Source: Rhodosorus marinus CCMP1338
Lineage: Eukaryota; Plantae; Rhodophyta
Assembly: GCA_029953675.1 (NCBI GenBank)
Contig: JAMWBK010000008.1
Coordinates: forward strand, 62,001 to 126,000
Reading direction: 5' to 3'
Length of the DNA stretch: 64,000 bases
Shown: positions 57,541-64,000 of the stretch, in pieces
Layout: every line of letters starts with the position of its first letter
Numbering within the stretch: position 1 is the first letter of the stretch
Notes under the pieces: model-generated
The model's input: only the letters and a program-made list of their open reading frames with translations
Databases searched by the model: none
What the model was told of the DNA's origin: nothing
Made by a program: the position numbers and the translations under genes

Positions 57541-60500
57541 ATAGCCTGAAGCGCTACGCAAGGCGTGAAAAGGGACTAAGAACTAGGTAGGGAAGCGTGC
57601 AAACCCAGGCGCCTATGGCGCGCCTGAGCAAGCATGCTGCTCGAGTAGCGCCACAGAGAGACGCTTAAACGACGCAAAAGTTCCAAATATTCGACAGGAT
57701 GCTCAGCAAAACATTTCCGCAGCCACTCCAAACCCGACTTTTCCACGTGGCCAAAGCTTTCCACAATGAAAGGCTGGAACCTGTGTGAGCGACCCTCTAC
57801 ACAAGGCAGACTGGCCATACTCTCAGCGTACCGTCGTTCCTTCACTCGGCGAAGGGCAGAAGCGGCTGCCCCCCGGCGGCAGGCGGCAGCAGTGAGATGG
57901 GCGCTGGCAACAGGGCATGTAATCGTGAGGTCCACATATGTTGAGCGTCTGGCCGTAGCGTCGAAGACAAGAAGATCTGCGATACAGCGGGGCGGCACTG
58001 TTTCCGAGACCGATCAGCTCCGATTCCACCTCCACCGTGTGCCCTACCCAAGTCAAACTTTCGCTAAGAATGTATTTGAAGCGAGTGTGACGCCTCGTAC
58101 GAAGACCTCTCAACAATCCGCATGAGCCTAAGAAGTGGTAACCACAAGCATCAATCCGACTCTCACATCCCTGACAGAAAGACGGCCGATTATTTTATTA
58201 GAGTTCCACGGAGCTTGTGGCAAACCCAGGTAGATCCGTGCCGCAGAGCGGAACTGGAAGGCATCGAGACGGTGACCCAGTGACGATGGCAGCGTGGTTA
58301 ACCACAAGTGCGATAGATGGCCTCCCATGCCGCGGAGGCGAGCAGCGGTGGTAGGCGGTGTGAGGGGAGAGTTGAGCAAGATTGCGTGAGCGGCACTGTG
58401 TTGGCCCCAGGTTAGGCTATGTTGAATCACATCAGTGCGTGAGCTCCACGATCGGCTCAGACCCGGGTAATCTGCAACCGGTGACCCGGGATCAACTTCC
58501 CCCCGTCGGCGAGTACTCTGTCGATGGGAGAGTCCTCGCTCGCCTCCGCTCGTCCCCACAACAGCTCCTTCCAGGAGCGAAATCTGGATCGATTCTCGTC
58601 CGGCACGGCGTTGCACTTACTGAACGCCTGTTGCAGACCATCATAGATACTCAAAAGCGGCGGCGGAAGGGTCACCGGGTCTTCGCTAGTCAGTGCTCGA
58701 GCCAAAAGGCAGGCACTCCGCATCCGAAAACTCACCAAGGTACGAAGCGCGGTAGCCCAGGAGGCGACCGCCGCAGGCGAGCATACGAGTCCACGGTCTG
58801 CAACACCAAATCCACCTAATCGCAAAGGTAGAGCGAGCTGAGCCCGAATTAAATCCCTGTCTGGAGCAGATTCGGGATCCAAGGGTTCATCCAAGAGCGT
58901 TCCCCAATGCTTCAGCATCATCGCGTCGGCCTTGCCGGCGATCCACGCTCCCCAATGCGGTGGTAGGCTGTGCAACCAATAGTTGAGCCGGGGACCGGCG
59001 CAGAAGCGGGAAAGCAAGCATGCAGATTGCAGCGTGCTTTCAGGCAGACGCTCAATGGCGTCAGTCAACTGTTTGTGTCTGGCCAAGACCCGTTCGCAAG
59101 AGGCTTGAACGAAATTGGCACTCCCTAAACCCACTCCATGGTGCTCGAGCCCTTCACGTTCACCGATGAGGCGCAGACGAGGCGGCAAGGAGGCCAGCGA
59201 AACTTCACTCGGGCGGAGAAAACGGCATTTTGTAGGTTCGACGATCAGACCTACTCCACGTGCAATCGCTTCGATCTGGGTCAACGCCTGAGCCAGGGTC
59301 TCAGGGGTGCCCAGCAACGTGACGTCGTCGTGATAAGCGCAGATACGAAGTTCCGGAACCTCAGTCGCGAGACGCAGGAGAACGAGCTGCAATGCACAGG
59401 CGTGAAGGACCGGCCCACAAGGATCGCCTTGTGGCACTCCAGTATGCGCCTCAAAAACAGTGCCCCGCGTTGTCCAGTAAGGGAGGCTTCCCCCTCCGTA
59501 AATACCCGATAGAAAAGGCCAGGCCTCCGGGAAGTTCCTGCGAATCACCTCTAGAGCATGCTTCCGCGAAACGCTGTTGAAGGCGTTGCGGAAGTCAACC
59601 ACAAAAACGCCCCACTCCGGCCTGTTGGCTCTTCCAGCTCAATCGCATGCGTGATCAATTTACAACCCCCAGAGAATCCCACCCCTACTTGCAAAGGCGC
59701 CAGAAAAGCTGCTACCCGCTGGCGAAGGTGCTGGCAAATCCACCTCCCAGCTAATTTCCTGAGGCTCTCGACCATACTGATCGGTCGGAGACGCGGATGT
59801 GCCGGCTCGTGGTCGGGTTTCGTGAGCAAGCAAAGTTGTGCCCGCCGGAGATGATCCCACGGGGCCGACGCACCTCCTGCGCCCTGAAACAGCGAGTTGA
59901 GGATCTTCACCAGTGCGCCCCGGCCAGCGTTGCTCAAGGCCTGCAAGACTTCCGTCCGTAGCCCGGAAGGTCCGGAGTAACTCCTCCAGATCAGACTCCT
60001 TGAGCGTCAGGTCAAGGCAAAATCTCGCCAACTCCGGACGGTCCATGAACGACACGAATTCAGGGAGCAATTCCACGTCGGAAGAAGGGAACAAAGCCGA
60101 CACCGTCGGGTCGAGACTTTCTTCGTAAGGGAGGACAGCCGCCTGGCCCTCCAAAACCCGTGCCGCTCGACTCAAGTCGCCAACCGCCACCAATCTCTGC
60201 ACTCGAGCCGTCAGAGGCGAGACTGTTCCAGCCCGAGCCCGATCGGCGGCTACCTCGGATGACGCCAAGTAACTTTCTTGCAACGCCTCGAATTCGCCCT
60301 TCAGGAATAGTGTCAACCGCTCGCGAACTCTCCATCGGCGCTCTGGTGTGCAAACAGGGGCCAGGATCAACCGCGGCATGACGCCCAGGAGTTCCAACAT
60401 AACCGCGTCGCGTCGGATGCGCGCGAAACTCAAGAAGATGAAGTCAAGAATGGTCCCAGCCCTGGAGAGCTCTCTGCGAGGGAGGAAGAGAGGCGGAATC

Positions 60501-62450
60501 CTGCCCCGGAGGGGTAGGGAGCCTCCTTCCAAAGAAATCCACCGCCGGAGCCAACTTCGCAGCCGATCCAGAGGACCTAATCACCTTTCTCCCCCTTAGA
60601 CCCGGGGGAGTCGGTCCTCGCACGTTTACCTCCTAACCGCACCAAAGAAGTCAACCGTCCACTCCGCGAGGCCCTCGGTATGGCTCCCCGGGGCTTCCAC
60701 AAAGTAATAGGGGGGTTCTCAACCGACATGCCCTCTGGCTCCCCTTCCTCGCCACTCGCACTGGAAGTGGTGCTGGGAGTAGGGCCCTCTAATACCCCCA
60801 ACTGGAGCAGCTCGGCCTTGTGACTCGAGGTCAGCACAAGGCGCCTCTCATGGTCGAAACAGGTAGAGACGGCGGCGCGCAGATGGCGTGGACCCGACGC
60901 GAAACGCACCAAAAGTATCCGCTCAATGCGATGAATGCGAAGCCAATAGATGGCTGCGGCTTTCATACTAGACTCGAGCTCGGAGAGCCCCGCTGTTTCT
61001 CCTGGAGACAGGAAAGTTCCCGAGAAACGGCCGAACTCGAAATGCAGGACGACCTGAGGGTGAGAACGCAACCAGCGGGCGCTCTCAGGCCACTGCTCGG
61101 TAGGCTTCGCCAGCAGGGCCTGCAGGTACGTGGCTGCGGTTGCAGCGACCACAAAAAGGACATCGTGGCCCTCATAATTCGCGAAGATAAAGTCTTCACG
61201 GCGTAACCCCAAAGACTCCGCAAACGTATTCCGGAAATCGCGCATGGGTGGGACCTGGCCCCGTGTAGTCTGGGGCCGGACGTTGCGCACCCAGAGAAAT
61301 TGCAAATTCGTCGCTTCAGGTCCGCCTTGCGGCTCGCGAGAGGGCAAAAATCGTAGCATAGCCGCCGTCCGTGCGGTTGTGGTGCCCTTCCGCAAAACCG
61401 AGGCGTAAGAGGGGCCCCCTTTGGGGCCACCGCGTGCCCCCGCCTGGGCCTGGAGCTGTCGCCCACCTGAGGGCTGGCCAAGGACAGGAAAGTCTGCTCC
61501 CGCTGAGGGGGCGTTCGCAGGGTTAGGCTGAGCTTCTCCGTTGCCCCCCATGACCGAGCGCGGAAGCTCGGTTTGGCCCTGCTGTACACCCCCCGGAACC
61601 GTCCCGTCCCCGCTAGTCCCACCAGCCCTCGCCTGTCCCGGGACAAGTCCATGTTGACTGTCCTGGAGATGTTGACTGTCATCAGTCAACGTGGCCACGC
61701 GGGGGGATTTCAAACTGGACTTTGCTAGCATAGCCTGAAGCGCTACGCAAGGCGTGAAGATGAACTAATAACTAGGGAGGGAAGTATGCAACCCCAGGCG
61801 CCGATGGCGCGCCTCGGAAAGCATGTCGCTGGAATATCGCCAAAGGGAGACACTTAAACGCCTCAAGAGCGCCAAATATTCAGTAGGATGCTCAGCAAAA
61901 CATTTCCGCAACCACTCTAACCCGGATTTCAAACTACTACCTGAGTTTGAATTTCCCACCGAAACCTGTCCCAATTCCATCCCACCAAGCTCCTGGGTTA
62001 GCTGAGGCAGGACGCCTCGATCTCCCGCAGCTGTGATAAGGCTAGTGACCGCCGAGAGTAGGGCGCGCACTTGAGTGCCAGAGGCACCCTCCAAGTCAAC
62101 CTGTGAAGAAAAGGTGCCGCAGATGACGCGAACACTCAGTCCACCAGAGGGGAGTGCCTCCTTGTTATAGGGCTCCGTGGAGCTCGGAGATACCCCTGTC
62201 ATCCTGAGAAGATGGGCAAAGGAACTACCAAAGAAACCTCTCCAAGAAAATAATTGACCACACGACTCAATTAGGGAAAGCCCCTCAACGCACCCCCACG
62301 TGAGAGAGAGACAGTTGCAGTTGCAACGGCACACCCCGGAAAATCGGGGGGAAGGACTACCAGAGGAAGCGCTTCCCACAAACAAACACGCTCGCGACCG
62401 AAAAAGATTCAAAACCCCACTTCTTCGGCCCCCAAATCCTAGCCCAAACA
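57541..62450 (-). mobile_element. Near full-length diverged relative of family B (B'), frameshifted, ORF2 start deleted
   Basis: ORF1 from ATG 62202 (61765-62490 plus 60577-61731); ORF2 pieces 59660-60532, 59551-59946, 58457-59602, 58128-58616 and 57576-57998; 3' UTR ttcacgccttgcgtagcgcttcaggctat identical to B. Confidence 0.9.
61717..61923 (-). mobile_element. Short family B copy B13 inserted in B' ORF1
   Basis: 12-bp TSD ggatttcaaact (61705-61716, 61924-61935). Confidence 0.9.
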
Positions 62451-62729
62451 GTATTGACCATTCGTTCGTATTGACATGCATCAAAAACATTGTTTCATGG
62501 TTTCGTTTTATAAAAATGTGGTGACGTATTCTTTTTTCTCTTCTACAGCCATCGTTTAAATTGGATTTTTAGTGGACGTCATTGAAAAATAAAACACTGT
62601 CGAATTGCATCTGAAACACGGTTTCTATCGGTTTTATAAAAAAATGGGAGATACTCTTTTTCTTTTTCCACACCCCTTGTCCATTTTTGATTTAATCGGA
62701 GACTGAAATAAAAAACCCGGAGGAGAACC

Positions 62730-63037
62730 AAGCCGCAAAGAGATCAAATACGCGGGGGCTTTGCCTTCCCCTGGTGTTCGTGCTTCGGCACTAGCACATC
62801 GCTAGGTACCCCTGATCATTGAGTGCTTTGGGTTCATGGACTCTGTTGGTTCTCGCTGGCTTCGGGAGTTGTTCCGCGAACGCCCTGACCGTCTTCAATC
62901 GTTGTTTACCCGCTTAAGTTTCCTGCTGTGGCGCATGAATGCCGCTTTGATGTTGGAGGCGCGAGTTCTTCGCCGCACTTAGTCTTTTTTTCCCCTCGGG
63001 GTTTTTTTTTTCAGCCTCCGATTAAACCATTCGTTTC
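62730..63037 (+). mobile_element. 5'-truncated family A copy A7
   Basis: Matches the last ~300 nt of A; tail ccattcgtttcg. Confidence 0.85.
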
Positions 63038-63131
63038 GTCGTTGAATTGCATCTGAAACACCGTTTCTATCGGTTTTATGAAAAAATGGGAGATACTCTT
63101 TTTCTTTTTCCACACCCCTTGTCCATTTTTT

Positions 63132-63300
63132 GATTTAATCGGAGGCTGAAATAAAAAGCCTGGAGGAGAAACAAGAAAGACGAAGCGCAGTGACGATCGC
63201 CTCCAACATCAAATCAGCGTTCATTCGCCACAGAAGGAAGCTCAAGAAGGATTGAAAACGTACTTTTCCCCTCCCAGTTCGCTCCTTCAGCCTCCGAGTA
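63132..63300 (-). mobile_element. 3' fragment of another A-like family (G); short duplicate at 62689-62727
   Basis: SFLSFLLWRMNADLMLEAIV..; cagcctccgattaaatc. Confidence 0.7.
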
Positions 63301-63540
63301 TCTATTCTTTTATTCGGTGTGGTGCAGCTCATCGACAAGCAAAATTTCTTCTGGGAAAACAACCCCAACAGTCGTTGCAACCCTCAAATCAGTAAAAAGT
63401 AGTTATAATCAAGAGAGTATTTGCGGCCGTATCATTCACGAAGACTCCGCATCATTCCCAAAGACTCCTCATGTAAGCTACTTTGATGTTGGATTACGAG
63501 GGTTTCCGTCCTAAGAGTTGGAAAGGAGAGCCACAGACGC

Positions 63541-63620
63541 TTGAGGTGCGAGAACTTCAGTGCGCTTAGTCCTTTTTTTTGCTTGGGGTTTTTTACTTCA
63601 GTCTCCGATTAAATCGTTAA
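63541..63620 (+). mobile_element. 3' remnant of an A-like family (H)
   Basis: ..LEVRELQCA* followed by tttttttgcttggggttttttacttcagtctccgattaaatc. Confidence 0.55.
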
Positions 63621-64000
63621 TTCAGAATCCCCCCCCTTAATAATTAATTCCGATGATCCCCGAAAATCTTCTGGAGAACAGGGTCGGCATTACAGCACGG
63701 TAAGCCCTTCCCAGGAACGAACGAACGAATGGTCCCAGGAACAGCGCGATACGTCCCAACAAAAACGATGACTAGTTGCCGATGATCAAAAAAAAAAATC
63801 TGCTCGACTTTCCCAGGACCCGGTGTGATATGTCTTTCCCAACACACACACCCCCTCTCCCAAACAGAAGGGGAATGAGGAAACGATAGACTGCCTTTCG
63901 TTAATAATGGACGCTGTATTGGCGTACGAACCGGTGGGCTTGGAGGTCTGTCTACCCCACTCCCACGCTGAAGGCTCGCAGTGCATGTGATTTGTGAAGA

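Noticed and set aside
63620-64000. Possible gene or RNA at the right edge
   Set aside because: Only short ORFs without recognisable motifs. No tRNA, rRNA or snRNA signature was recognised here or elsewhere in the window.

Overview
Eukaryotic DNA, intron-free and GC-rich. A red alga is a plausible source (Spondin_N gene, PT-repeat secreted protein, chromoviruses plus CRE-type elements), but this cannot be verified from the sequence. About 80% of the window is a nested array of non-LTR retrotransposons with RT plus a restriction-like endonuclease (RLE; CRE/MoTeR/Cnl1-like). They fall into three groups. (i) Families C/D/E have a canonical R-P-D RLE, end in (C)GGTTAC, and sit at short islands of a G-rich 16-mer (CTGGGGTTACGTTAGT) that behaves like a telomere repeat. 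(ii) Family A and relatives end in CCTCCGATTAA plus (TTCA/TTCG)n. (iii) Family B has at least 13 near-identical copies, one with an intact 1023-aa ORF2, and ends in reiterated (AGTAAAGTCC)n tails; a diverged relative B' is also present. Two decayed chromodomain Ty3/Gypsy elements are nested in each other and rearranged by an inferred B-mediated inversion. Two host genes are embedded: a ~1307-aa secreted Gly-rich/coiled-coil protein that resembles TcA-like or alpha-pore-forming toxins (split by one homopolymer indel), and a disrupted gene for a secreted protein with 8-Cys repeats plus a Spondin_N domain. The best candidate for an undescribed system is a community of telomere-like-repeat-targeting RLE retroelements with SART1-like traits, alongside promiscuous relatives that leave tail-only micro-insertions. 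All protein calls come from reading motifs by eye; no database search was run. Many frameshifts lie in homopolymers and may be sequencing errors.
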